Below are positions 1-9,346 of a stretch of DNA of 15,570 bases, piece by piece. Position 1 is the first letter of the stretch. Each line of letters opens with the position of its first letter. Origin of the DNA: a virus (lineage: Duplodnaviria; Heunggongvirae; Uroviricota; Caudoviricetes). The position numbers and the translations under genes were made by a program. The notes below the pieces were generated by a model. It was not told the origin of the DNA, made no database searches, and saw only the letters and a list, made by a program, of their open reading frames with translations. The stretch lies in the IMG/VR virus record IMGVR_UViG_3300029080_000078, one strand, 5' to 3'.

Positions 1-1284
1 TTACAGACTTCTGGAAGGTTGCGCAGCTCTTACAACACGCGGTTGATCTTCCGCAGCGTCTTCCAGCGCACTTAAATCACGGTCTTTCACCTCTGGCATT
101 TTCAGCGCAGAGATTAAACCAATTACTGAATATGCCATGATCATAATGGCGATCGGATACCAGGATTCCGTCATGGTGCAGAAAATACCCGCCAGGATAG
201 GACCAAAACCGGAAGCGATAAGACCACCAATTTCTTTAGAAATAGCCATCCGGGTAAAGCGGTTTTTACAGCCGAACATTTCTGCCATGGTAATGTTTTC
301 CAGAGCAAATAATCCCAGCACCGCACAGTTATGAATCACAATCAGTGCAACCATAATGGTGCTCGGGGCATAGCTTTTATCTACAATGATAGAAAGCATT
401 GGCCATGCCAGCACAATCGCGGAGGTATTCATAATAATATACGGGATCCGGCGACCAATTTTATCGGATAACCAACCAAGGAACGGAATGGTCATAAAGC
501 CGAGAATCGAACTAATCATCAATGCATCTGTTGGAATTGCTTTGTTAAACAATAACGTCTGCACTAAATAGCCTGCAAGGAAAGTCTGAATTAACCCGGA
601 GTTACCCGCCTGACCAAAACGCAGCCCTGTTGCCAGCCAGAAGGATTTGCTCTGGAACATGCTACCAGCAGGTGCAGGTTTTGCTGTGGGTTGGTTGCTG
701 TCATTAACCTTCTCAAAGACCGGGCTTTCTTTCAGATTCATACGTAACCAGATAGCAAAGACCATCACGACAACGCTCGCCAGGAACGGTATACGCCATC
801 CCCACGCCAGCAGTTCCTCTTTACTGAGAATGAAGAACATAAAGGCCCAGATTGCCGTTGCGCTCAAGGTTCCGCAGTTAGTTCCCATAGCTACAAATGA
901 GGAGATAATTCCGCGCTTACCTTTTGGTGCATATTCCGCCAGCATCGTACCGGCACCGGAAATTTCCGCACCTGCACCCAACCCCTGAATAATACGCAGC
1001 GTCACCAGCAAGATGGGGGCAAAAACACCAATCTGTGCATAGGTCGGTAACACACCAATTAAGGTGGTACAGATCCCCATCATGGTGATGGTAATAAAGA
1101 GCACTTTTTTACGCCCTATTCTGTCGCCCATTTTGCCGAAAATAAATGCTCCGACAATACGCGCCACATAACCTGCACCGTAGGTTCCCATTGCCAAAAT
1201 TAACGCCATTGCCGTTGATGATTCAGGAAAAAATATTTCATGAAACACTAACGCTGCGCCGAGCGAATATAACTGGAAATCCAT
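1..1284 (-). CDS. ydfJ: MFS-family metabolite:H+ symporter, apparently N-terminally truncated at the prophage boundary
   Basis: 427-aa ORF with multiple hydrophobic helices and the MFS loop motif G-x-x-x-D-R-x-G-R-K after the first complete helix (GKMGDRIGRKK). Only part of a first helix precedes it, and a stop lies directly upstream of the ATG at 1282-1284, so the N-terminus looks cut. Name from recall of K-12 YdfJ (427 aa). Confidence 0.85.
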   Translation of the reverse strand: MDFQLYSLGAALVFHEIFFPESSTAMALILAMGTYGAGYVARIVGAFIFGKMGDRIGRKKVLFITITMMGICTTLIGVLPTYAQIGVFAPILLVTLRIIQGLGAGAEISGAGTMLAEYAPKGKRGIISSFVAMGTNCGTLSATAIWAFMFFILSKEELLAWGWRIPFLASVVVMVFAIWLRMNLKESPVFEKVNDSNQPTAKPAPAGSMFQSKSFWLATGLRFGQAGNSGLIQTFLAGYLVQTLLFNKAIPTDALMISSILGFMTIPFLGWLSDKIGRRIPYIIMNTSAIVLAWPMLSIIVDKSYAPSTIMVALIVIHNCAVLGLFALENITMAEMFGCKNRFTRMAISKEIGGLIASGFGPILAGIFCTMTESWYPIAIMIMAYSVIGLISALKMPEVKDRDLSALEDAAEDQPRVVRAAQPSRSL

Positions 1285-1885
1285 AATTCACAGGTGTTTT
1301 TTCCCATCCTGTGGTTTCCTTGGCGTTTTCTAGGTTTTTTCAGATAGTTGCATTTTTTAAAAAGCATCCTAAGTTCGATCTCAGTGTCTATCTGGGGCCT
1401 ATTTCTGTCCCATATATGCCCCAAAAAGACTCCCAACAGATAAGTAGTTTTTCATGGATTTACGCGTAAAATCAATAACGGCTGGAAATCATTCAATACT
1501 CGCACTATCGAAAAATTTACCAGCCAACCGCAGCACGTTCTTGCATAAGGCGTGTCTGCGGTTTTTCAACTATTCAGATACATCACTCCCATCACATTCA
1601 TTCCTCCGCATCAAAGGCATATAGGCTATATCACCTTGATATTTTTCTTCTTCAGATAAAAATTGTTATCTATGTATACTTTTAAACCCAATCCGTGTAG
1701 AGTCTCTGCATAAGATAGTTTGCAGTTGCCGCTTCAGCTTGCGCCATAAACCGCCTGATTTTTGCTGCCACCTGTTAGCATTCCTGTATACCTGAAACGA
1801 CAATGTTTATCTACGAACTTTAAGAACACCCAAGATAAAAATTGTCAACTATATCATATATAACACATTACTAATTCGAGGCTAT

Positions 1886-1999
1886 ATGAACAGCATACTG
1901 ATAATCACTTCTCTCCTTATCATATTCAGCATTTTTAGTCATGCCCTAATAAAATTAGGGATTGGCATATCCAATAACCCAGACAAAACCGATGTATAA
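1886..1999 (+). CDS. candidate small hydrophobic ORF (37 aa, [37 protein letters not shown])
   Basis: ATG at 1886 preceded by a GAGG Shine-Dalgarno-like motif; strongly hydrophobic N-terminal 20 residues. AT-rich context makes a chance ORF plausible; no homology known to me. Confidence 0.2.
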
Positions 2000-2067
2000 G
2001 CCAACATATCCTGAATCAGACATACAATATCGCAATGAAAATCAATAATATTTTAAGGAATATCTTC

Positions 2068-2301
2068 ATGAAATCAAAAGACACCCTAAAGTGGTTCCCT
2101 GCGCAGCTTCCTGAAGTAAGAATTATCCTAGGGGATGCTGTAGTGGAAGTAGCAAAACAGGGAAGACCTATCAATACCAGAACATTGCTTGATTACATTG
2201 AAGGAAACATAAAGAAAAAATCATGGCTGGATAACAAAGAATTATTACAAACAGCGATATCAGTTCTTAAAGACAACCAAAATTTAAATGGTAAAATGTA
2301 A
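2068..2301 (+). CDS. ydfK: small prophage protein of the YdfK/YnaE family (77 aa), reported as cold-shock inducible
   Basis: ATG at 2068 with AAGGAA 7 nt upstream; 77 codons, matching the recalled length of K-12 YdfK; sits next to the pin invertase as ynaE does next to pinR in Rac. Confidence 0.8.
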   Translation: MKSKDTLKWFPAQLPEVRIILGDAVVEVAKQGRPINTRTLLDYIEGNIKKKSWLDNKELLQTAISVLKDNQNLNGKM

Positions 2302-2617
2302 TATAATAAACTTACTTTTTTATCATTTTTCCACTTTAACAACATTTTGCTCCACTTTTCCACGACCAAACAACTTGAAATCTGGTTAAAATAACACGCA
2401 ACACTATTCTTCTTCCTTGAGTCCGCCCGGAACTCGAAAAACAAACCGAGTTAAAGCCATTTTTCACAAAATCGATTTTGGGTCTCACCAAAATTACGGG
2501 GTTGCATACGCATTCGTTTATTTTCGAACGTGTACATACAAATATGCACAAAAATAATCAAAATTATTTTCTGAGATGCATTATGATATGAACACCAATT
2601 TCGTATAGAGTCTCACT

Positions 2618-3208
2618 ATGTCTCGAATTTTTGCTTACTGTCGGATATCAACGCTGGATCAGACCACCGAAAATCAACGCCGGGAAATCGAAAGTGCAGG
2701 TTTTAAAATCAAACCTCAGCAAATAATCGAAGAACACATTAGCGGCTCAGCAGCAACCAGTGAGCGTCCTGGTTTTAACCGGTTGCTTGCTCGCCTGAAA
2801 TGTGGTGATCAATTGATTGTGACAAAACTGGATCGCCTTGGTTGTAATGCAATGGATATCAGGAAAACAGTGGAACAACTGACCGAAACAGGTATCAGAG
2901 TGCATTGCTTAGCATTGGGGGGCATTGACCTGACCAGTCCAACAGGAAAAATGATGATGCAAGTAATTTCAGCAGTCGCTGAATTTGAACGAGACCTTTT
3001 ACTTGAACGCACTCATTCCGGGATAGTAAGAGCCCGCGGCGCAGGGAAACGTTTTGGTCGACCACCTGTGTTAAATGAAGAACAGAAACAGGTGGTATTC
3101 GAACGAATTAAGTCAGGTGTAAGTATAAGTGCCATTGCCCGGGAATTCAAAACCTCGCGGCAAACCATTTTAAGAGCCAAAGCAAAACTTCAGACACCTG
3201 ACATATAA
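2618..3208 (+). CDS. pinQ: serine recombinase, Hin/Gin/Cin/Pin-family DNA invertase
   Basis: 196 aa; N-terminal catalytic motif YCRISTLDQ (active-site Ser), resolvase core domain, C-terminal helix-turn-helix ([21 protein letters not shown]). Adjacent to tail-fibre genes as expected for this family. Confidence 0.92.
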
Positions 3209-3305
3209 AAAATAATCTCGGTGTGAGATGCTTTACGTCTTCCAAGCCCCCTTCCTTGCCGTAAATGGAAAGATACATCTAATTATAGAATTTATATGTT
3301 TTACC

Positions 3306-3881
3306 CTACGGCAGTGCTGGCCATTCAATATCCTGTGCAGTTGACGTATCAACACGGTTCAGCAATACCCGATACTTTTTCCATGCTTCCAGCAACGAGA
3401 TTTCTTCCTCCGTTGCAATTTCCAGATCTGCAGCATCCTGAAGCGGCGCAATATGCTCACTGGCTACCTGCATCAGGTTGTTTTTTGTTTCTTCCGCCTC
3501 CCGGATCCGGAACAGTTTTTCTGCTTCCGTATCCTTCACCCAGGCTGTGCCGTTCCACTTCTGAAACTCCCCTTCCGGGGATAACCAGGTGACATTTTCC
3601 GGTAATGGGCCAAGTTCAGAAATAAATAACGCGTCGCCGGAAGCCACGTCATAGACGGTTTTACCCCGATGATCTTCAACGAGATGCCACGATGCCTCAT
3701 CACTGTTGAAAACAGCCACGAAGCCAGCCGGAATATCTGGCGGTGCAATATAGGAACTGTTTGCTGGCAGACCTGTATGAGGCGGAATATATGCGTCACC
3801 TTCACCAATAAATTCATTAGTTCCGGCCAGCAGATTATAAATTTTTATGGTCCGTGGTTGTTCACTCATTCTGAATGCCAT
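3306..3881 (-). CDS. tfaQ: tail fibre assembly protein (Tfa)
   Basis: 191-aa ORF immediately downstream of the side-tail-fibre ORF; its ATG overlaps the stf stop (TAATG); length matches recalled TfaQ. Confidence 0.85.
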   Translation of the reverse strand: MAFRMSEQPRTIKIYNLLAGTNEFIGEGDAYIPPHTGLPANSSYIAPPDIPAGFVAVFNSDEASWHLVEDHRGKTVYDVASGDALFISELGPLPENVTWLSPEGEFQKWNGTAWVKDTEAEKLFRIREAEETKNNLMQVASEHIAPLQDAADLEIATEEEISLLEAWKKYRVLLNRVDTSTAQDIEWPALP

Positions 3882-4735
3882 TATGCAAGCCTCACAATGT
3901 AGTTAAATGCGATGTTTTTGACGGTGTTTTCCGCGTTACCAGCAGCGTTAACGGTGATGGTGTGTCCATGTGAGCCAATCGCAACAGAGTGCGTATGAGC
4001 ACCAATACCGACAGTATGTGCGTGAGCACCTGCAGATGCAGCTGTGCCGCTGACACTATGAGTGTGCGCTCCTGCAGCACTTGTATTCACACTGGCCGCA
4101 GACACTACCTTATGTACTGACCCATTTTGTGACCACTGGCTGATTGCTGATGCGCCTGTGACACTATGAGTATGGTTTCCGGCACTTGCGGCTGTACCGC
4201 TCACACTGTGCGTATGCGCCCCGGTGTTATTCGTGGATTTAGTGCCGTAATCAAACGACGATGTGGTTTTCGTCCCCAAATCCGTACTGGATGCGCTGGC
4301 GCTGTGGGTGTGCGATTTAATGCCGTCCTGTTCCTGAGACAATACGGCCCGACCACTGGCAGGTTTGCCCTTAATCGTCCAGCCACGCATATCAGGGATC
4401 ACGCCTGACGGATAAGCGGCTGCAAGTTTCGGGTAAGCAGATTTGTCAAAAGTCTGCCCCTGCATCAGGGCATAACCAGACGGAACGGTATCTGATGGCC
4501 ACGGGATTGGTGCACCGACTGGATAAAACTCTGCAGGAGGATGAGCCGAGGTGTAAAGCTGCGCCCACGGCGACCAGTTTGCGTCGGTCGTATCCCGTCG
4601 TGAACGAATAAATGCCGGAGCATGAGCACCGCTTGTACCACTCCAGCCGATGAGTAACTCACCTTCGCCAACGGCTGTCATCCCTTTCAGGTGAATGATA
4701 TTTCCATACGCTGTTGGATATCCGTTGTTATACAC
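3881..4735 (-). CDS. stfQ: side tail fibre protein, C-terminal fragment (N-terminus deleted)
   Basis: 284-aa ORF rich in G/S/T/A with repeated [15 protein letters not shown] motifs typical of phage fibre C-terminal domains; upstream reading frame closed at 4736, where it abuts an unrelated protease fragment. Confidence 0.75.
   Translation of the reverse strand: MYNNGYPTAYGNIIHLKGMTAVGEGELLIGWSGTSGAHAPAFIRSRRDTTDANWSPWAQLYTSAHPPAEFYPVGAPIPWPSDTVPSGYALMQGQTFDKSAYPKLAAAYPSGVIPDMRGWTIKGKPASGRAVLSQEQDGIKSHTHSASASSTDLGTKTTSSFDYGTKSTNNTGAHTHSVSGTAASAGNHTHSVTGASAISQWSQNGSVHKVVSAASVNTSAAGAHTHSVSGTAASAGAHAHTVGIGAHTHSVAIGSHGHTITVNAAGNAENTVKNIAFNYIVRLA
3950..4320 (-). repeat. tandem His-rich repeats (HTHS / [14 protein letters not shown]) inside the stfQ coding region
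   Basis: Peptide motif HTHS occurs at least five times; the nucleotide sequence shows direct repeats such as gacactatgagt and gctgt(g/a)ccgct. Confidence 0.55.
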
Positions 4736-4785
4736 CTCGTATAACTCAAGACCTGCTGCCCCCTGCGTATTGTCTGTCAGCGCGG

Positions 4786-5547
4786 CTAACGCCCGCCAAA
4801 CATGGCAAACAGATCATTAATACCGTTTGCACGCGCTTTTTGCTCTGCCAGTACCTGCGCACGGATACTGTTTTCATCCACCACGGGTGCTGCTGCCTGC
4901 ACTGGCGTCCGGGAGGCTGCAGGTTCATCATCCTGTACGCGTGGAGCACTGTTGCGTGGCGGAGTAATCATGTTTCGAATGGATTCCGGCATCTTTTTAA
5001 ATTCCTCTGTACGTTTTGACTGAATACATGCCATTGCCTTAACGGCTGGTGTCACCTGATCAGCAAATCCCTGTGCCAGACATTCGGCACCGGACATCCA
5101 GGTCTCATCCGCCAGCATGGCAGCAATTTCATCGGTGGTTTTCCCGGTTTTCTGTGCATAAGCGGGTAACAGAACCGCCTCAACTTTATCGAGCAGGTCG
5201 GCATAGGTGCGCATGTCCTCCGCATCACCGCCCGTAAATCCAAATGGTTTATGAATCATCATGAAGGAGTTTTCCGGCATAATGACCGGGTTTCCCACCA
5301 TCGCAATGACCGACGCCATTGACGCCGCCACACCGTCGACATAAACGGTAATGGACGCACCATGTGTTTTCAGTGCATTAAAAATGGCGATGCCTTCAAA
5401 GACATCGCCACCCGGTGAATTAATATGGAGATTAATGTGGGTGATAGCTGGCCGGATCAATTCGCTGGCTCTCCCCGTCGCAGTCACTGCGCAATGACTG
5501 CGTGATGTTGTAACGATCAATAATCCAGCGTTCGCCACGACTGCCAT
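4786..5547 (-). pseudogene. prohead protease fragment (ClpP/S49-like serine peptidase), lacking native start and C-terminal part
   Basis: Translation contains the protease core (RPAITHINLHINSPGGDVFEGIAIFNALK ... ASMASVIAMVG). The 5' end of the ORF overlaps the terminase fragment in another frame, and the ORF ends just before the stf fragment. Confidence 0.65.
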
Positions 5548-6832
5548 AGCCCGTTACCTGAACCACAAAACGGCGATGACGTCCCGCCTGCACATCCACT
5601 GTCGCCACAAGGAAATTAATGCCATCCGGCACACTGCGGGAAGGAACTGGCTCTGCCCGCTGCTCAAGCAGTTCACTTTTTCGTTGCTCCATGCTGGCAC
5701 GAGGAAGATAAGGCAATCCCCAGTCGGTGTTGATAACCGCCCTGAGTGTTTCTTCGCTTCCTGTCGCTTCATACTCCTGTTCTGCAGTCAGTAATTTGTA
5801 AACCAGTTGCGCCCAGGTCTGATACGCAGCAGCTGGCCCTTCCATCCAGAAACTGGCGATACGGGAGCGGCGCGGTTCACCGGAAACGTTGCCGTTACGA
5901 TCAATGACCTGACCTTCACGCAACCAGACTCCAGCACTATTGAGCTCACGCTTTTTCTCCGCAGTGATAATGCCGCTGCAGTGCGGGCAAAGTAGATACG
6001 CCGCCTCACTGGCTTTAAAGGGATCCGGTTCATTACGGTAGCCGGTCATGGCATCCATGGCTGGCTGAAAATATTCACCGCAGTGCGGACATGACCAGTA
6101 CCAGCGGCGGCGGTCACCACGATTGTAAAGGGAAAGAATACCAGTCGTCGGTGGCGCTTCATGAGGCGACTTACGTCGCCATTTGCTGTCGCAGATGTCA
6201 CGTCCCGGCGAGCTCTCCACCAGAGTCATCCCGGCGGACATAAATGTGGTGGTACGTTTTGAGGCCAGGGAGAAACCATCACCCTCGCTGTCGATATTCT
6301 CCGGAAAACGGTCGTAATCGGTTAAGGCGACAAACCGGTAATCCGACGACGACATAATGTTGACCGAGGGCCAACCAATTTTAAGGAACGAGCCATCCCT
6401 GAACGTCTTATCATGGACATTATTGTCGTTACGACGTGGACTCATTCTTTTCTTTACCGCCGCACTGCTTCTGAACGTTCTGTCGAGGCGCTTTTTAGAA
6501 TGCTCGCGGGCCTTATCTTCGGTCATCTGCACAACGAGCATGTCCGAAGGATCGCAAACGATGGTATAGACAATCCATCCATCGATCAGACCAATGGTCT
6601 TCCCTGTTCGCGCAGGACCAACAAAAATCACCGCATCGTATTCACGCGATGCCAGGCAGTTCATGGGCTCAATGATGTAGGGTGTCAGTTCAGGATCCCA
6701 TGGCACCGAGTTACCAGCCCCCTTGGGAACACGCATGAATTTTTTAACAGCCTCCGAAATCGGCATGCGACGTGGTGGGGAAAATCCTGCCGATATGTCC
6801 CTTCCCAAATTTCGGGCTGATGAAAAACCCAT
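5432..6832 (-). pseudogene. terminase large subunit (GpA-like), N-terminal ATPase portion only
   Basis: ATG at 6832 with AGGAGG 4-5 nt upstream, overlapping the stop of the small-subunit gene; Walker A motif GPARTGKT; Cys motifs CPHCGEYF and CPHCSG resembling lambda gpA; length 466 aa versus about 640 aa for intact GpA, so the nuclease domain is missing. Confidence 0.7.
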
Positions 6833-6840
6833 TATTCCTC

Positions 6841-7368
6841 CTAGAGACTCTCTCCTTCCTCATCAGGAATTAATTCAGCAGCACAAGCCTCGTAGGATTT
6901 TTCCTGAAGAGTGTATCGCAGGTCATCAATTGCCTGCTGTACAACGCCGACGGCCTGAGGAGTCAGGGCGCAATCGCGTTCAAGAACATCCGGAATTGTC
7001 TCCAGAACCTGGACGACAGCCTTTCTCATGGACGAATAGACGATGACTACTTCATCAACGGGGATGAGTTTTCGCTGCTCCTTTTCCAGCTTGATCCTTT
7101 CATTTTCAGACTGGTACCAGTCCTTTCTCTCTTTCGGCTCCATACGGGATGGATCATGAACAGAGTCTGCTGCCTCATGCTTCACACTAAACAGGGCTGG
7201 CCCGACATGCTGCAGGGCGTAAACGGGGTTCCCCCTGACAGTCGCAGCCACAGGAGTGTTGGCCGCGAGAAGCCGTTTTTTTACTGTGTCCCGGTGAAGC
7301 CCAAAGGCCTCAGCGATTTTAAAAACACTCCAGTAATAAGCATCACCGATCCCGCTCACATTTGACAT
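6841..7368 (-). CDS. nohQ: terminase small subunit, Nu1-like DNA packaging protein
   Basis: ORF directly upstream of and coupled to the large-subunit fragment. ATG at 7368 (MSNVSGIGDAYYW...) has GGAG 6 nt upstream; in-frame ATGs at 7380 and 7398 lack a Shine-Dalgarno. Placed downstream of a cos-like site as in lambda. Confidence 0.8.
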   Translation of the reverse strand: MSNVSGIGDAYYWSVFKIAEAFGLHRDTVKKRLLAANTPVAATVRGNPVYALQHVGPALFSVKHEAADSVHDPSRMEPKERKDWYQSENERIKLEKEQRKLIPVDEVVIVYSSMRKAVVQVLETIPDVLERDCALTPQAVGVVQQAIDDLRYTLQEKSYEACAAELIPDEEGESL

Positions 7369-7547
7369 AAGCAACTCCATCTGGCAGGTGAAAATCATGT
7401 TTATTTATATATTTCAATTAATTGTAAACTGGTCTAATGACAGGGAGAAAAAAATATTGTACAGGTAAAAAGAGAAATAACTTTTAATTATCAATAAATT
7501 ACCAAACATGCTGCCGCCGCCATGGAAATGCAAAAACTAGCCTTTTT

Positions 7548-7564
7548 CCGCGACGCTCCCGCCC
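7548..7564 (-). other. cos-like site (putative cosN region) upstream of the terminase genes
   Basis: Minus-strand sequence GGGCGGGAGCGTCGCGG lies about 185 bp upstream of the Nu1-like start and resembles the lambda left cohesive-end region (GGGCGGCGACCTCGCGGG, from memory). Locally GC-rich island in an AT-rich intergenic region. Confidence 0.35.
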
Positions 7565-7744
7565 CGTGGCAGGGGCCCCCACCGGGAGGACCCGACAGCC
7601 TGACAGCCGTGACGAGCATCTGATACAGCGCTTTACATAATGGCATAGGAATAATTCAGAAGGACATCACAGCATGCCCACACAAATTAGTGTGAGTGTC
7701 CTGTTTCTTCCTACGCACAGGACTGACGAGCATGAGGGGAAAAT

Positions 7745-7912
7745 ATGCGAACCATAAATGCCTCATCTTCAGCAATGCAGCCGGCATCCGAACAGGACGA
7801 TATTGTAAATTCACCTAATTACGAGGACATTGCAGTAGTTGAATTGCAGCTCTGTATTAGCCTGACAGTGACAGAATGCGATATTGACTCTGTCACAGGT
7901 GAAATAGTTTGA
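7745..7912 (+). CDS. candidate small acidic protein (55 aa, MRTINASSSAMQPASEQDDIVNSPNYEDIAVVELQLCISLTVTECDIDSVTGEIV)
   Basis: ATG at 7745 with GAGGGG 5 nt upstream; the frame is closed by a stop 10 nt before the ATG; below the ORF-track length cutoff. Confidence 0.3.
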   Translation: MRTINASSSAMQPASEQDDIVNSPNYEDIAVVELQLCISLTVTECDIDSVTGEIV

Positions 7913-7932
7913 ATGATTAGCAGTTATGGTGC

Positions 7933-8139
7933 TCAGTCAACCACCAGGGAATAATCCTTCGAATTCTTATCGTGCTTCACCAACGCTGCCTCAATTGCCC
8001 TGAATGCTTCCAGAGACACCTGATGTTCTATACATGCAATTACAACATCCGGGTAACTCATAGAAATGGTGCTATTAAGCATATTTTTTACACGAATCAG
8101 ATCCAACGAGAGTTCATCAGCAGATTGTTCTTTATTCAT
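7933..8139 (-). CDS. small hypothetical prophage protein (68 aa)
   Basis: ATG at 8139 with GGAG 7 nt upstream; convergent with the 55-aa ORF. May correspond to K-12 ynfO, but I cannot confirm this. Confidence 0.5.
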   Translation of the reverse strand: MNKEQSADELSLDLIRVKNMLNSTISMSYPDVVIACIEHQVSLEAFRAIEAALVKHDKNSKDYSLVVD

Positions 8140-8439
8140 TTTGTCGCTCCATGCGTTTGCTCGTCATCTAGCGGTTAAAATATTACTTCAAATCTTACTG
8201 CATAAAAGAGGAAAAGTATGAAAGTTTGAGTACATCGACCTTACATACATCTGTCGGTTGCATATCCCTCCTGGATGCCAGCAAGGCTCAATTTTGTTAC
8301 GCAATCAACACTATTCATTAAAAACAGGCTTAATATTTGACATAAATCATCAACAAAACACAAAGAGGTCAGACCAGATTGAAACAATAAACACGATAAT
8401 GAAAACTACGCGCCATCGTATCACATGGAAGGTTTACCA

Positions 8440-8850
8440 ATGGCTCAGGCTGCCATTTTTAAAGAAATATTCGATCAAGTGCGTAAAAATTTAAACTGTG
8501 AATTATTTTATTCTGAGCTAAAACGTCACAATATCTCACTTTATATTTACTATTTAGCCACAGATAATATTCACATTGTGTTAGAAAACGACAACATAGT
8601 GTTAGTAAAAGGACTCAAAAAGGTTGTAAATGTTATATTCTCCAGAAACAAACATCTTATAGAGACCTCCTATAATAAGTTGAAATCAAACGAAATCACA
8701 TTTCAACAATACAGGGAAAATCTTGCTAAAGCAGGAGTTTTCCGATGGGTTACAAATATCCAGGAACACCAAAGATATTACTATGCCTTTGATAACTCAT
8801 TACTATTTACTGAAAGCATCCAGAAAACTACACAGATCTTACCACGCTAA
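8440..8850 (+). CDS. ydfO: DUF1398-family prophage protein
   Basis: ATG at 8440 ([11 protein letters not shown]...) with GGAAGG 7 nt upstream; 136 codons, matching the recalled YdfO length. Confidence 0.8.
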   Translation: MAQAAIFKEIFDQVRKNLNCELFYSELKRHNISLYIYYLATDNIHIVLENDNIVLVKGLKKVVNVIFSRNKHLIETSYNKLKSNEITFQQYRENLAKAGVFRWVTNIQEHQRYYYAFDNSLLFTESIQKTTQILPR

Positions 8851-8944
8851 ACCATAACGTCCGGCTTCTCTCACTCCTGAGCCGGACTGCATTGGTTTAA
8901 TAAAAACCATCAACAATTGTGATTTAGATATTCGGAACCATTCA

Positions 8945-8975
8945 AATATAACAAAACCCCGTAAAAACGAGGTTT
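8945..8975 (-). terminator. putative intrinsic terminator downstream of gnsB
   Basis: Imperfect 8-bp stem (aaaccccg / cgaggttt, one mismatch) with a 6-nt loop, followed on the minus strand by a U-rich tract (UGUUAUAUUU); 27-50 nt past the gnsB stop. Confidence 0.35.
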
Positions 8976-9001
8976 ATGGATAAATTTTATTATTGAATAC
9001 A

Positions 9002-9175
9002 TCAGATTAAATTAACCTTGACATCATAGCTTTCAAGACCCGTCATTTTTTCCCGTGCGGTAAACTGAATACTGGTAACTTCTTTCCCGGTCTTTTTCTT
9101 AAGTTCAATAATTTTTTTTGTTATATATTCAGAAATATCTGCTTCTGCTTTTGTTTTTAAGTTTTCAATATTCAT
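9002..9175 (-). CDS. gnsB: GnsA/GnsB-family small protein (57 aa)
   Basis: Translation MNIENLKTKAEADISEYITKKIIELKKKTGKEVTSIQFTAREKMTGLESYDVKVNLI, recognisable as the Gns family (conserved FTAREKMTGLESYDVK). Not in the ORF track because it is under 60 aa. Confidence 0.9.
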   Translation of the reverse strand: MNIENLKTKAEADISEYITKKIIELKKKTGKEVTSIQFTAREKMTGLESYDVKVNLI

Positions 9176-9346
9176 CATTTCCTCTTTTAGTCTGTTATGA
9201 CTTTCCAGTTACACAGTAAGTCGATTATATGGTGCAAACGTGTAAAAGATAAGATGAAACATCGCAATAATCAACATACGATAGTCTAAATTTTACACAA
9301 ACAGACAAAGAGAATTTTCCTGAATTATCAATACAATAGCATCAAA

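Noticed and set aside
137-988. Three + strand ORFs (137-334, 386-571, 647-988) in the ORF track
   Set aside because: All are antisense to, and wholly contained in, the well-supported MFS transporter gene; no ribosome-binding sites and non-protein-like composition. Antisense shadows.
1248-1436. 62-aa minus ORF overlapping the ydfJ start
   Set aside because: Out of frame with ydfJ, basic low-complexity translation, no ribosome-binding site.
2425-2490. Calling a definite gix/hix-type crossover site upstream of pinQ
   Set aside because: Only partial similarity to the recalled 26-bp consensus (one half-site-like AAACC core; the palindrome spacing differs). Kept as a hypothesis in findings, not annotated as a feature.
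2193-2551. Minus-strand ORFs 2193-2444 and 2336-2551 in the ydfK-pinQ intergenic region
   Set aside because: They overlap ydfK antisense and the palindrome-rich regulatory region; no ribosome-binding site; probably the ORF finder accepting alternative starts.
3296-4671. Multiple ORFs overlapping tfaQ and stfQ on both strands (e.g. 3296-3592, 3536-3817, 3669-3902, 3892-4080, 4166-4408, 4201-4386, 4465-4671)
   Set aside because: Alternative-frame or antisense ORFs inside clearly coding tail-fibre genes; the repetitive GC-rich sequence yields long open frames by chance.
4714-6820. Alternative-frame ORFs within the protease and terminase fragments (e.g. 4714-5019, 4802-5023, 5049-5237, 5554-5772, 5788-6033, 6357-6569, 6413-6820)
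   Set aside because: Embedded in or antisense to ORFs with recognisable protease and terminase motifs; no independent support.
8860-8890. Hairpin tccggct-N13-agccgga after ydfO as an intrinsic terminator
   Set aside because: The loop is large (13 nt) and no U tract follows; possibly a regulatory or protein-binding palindrome, but too weak to annotate.
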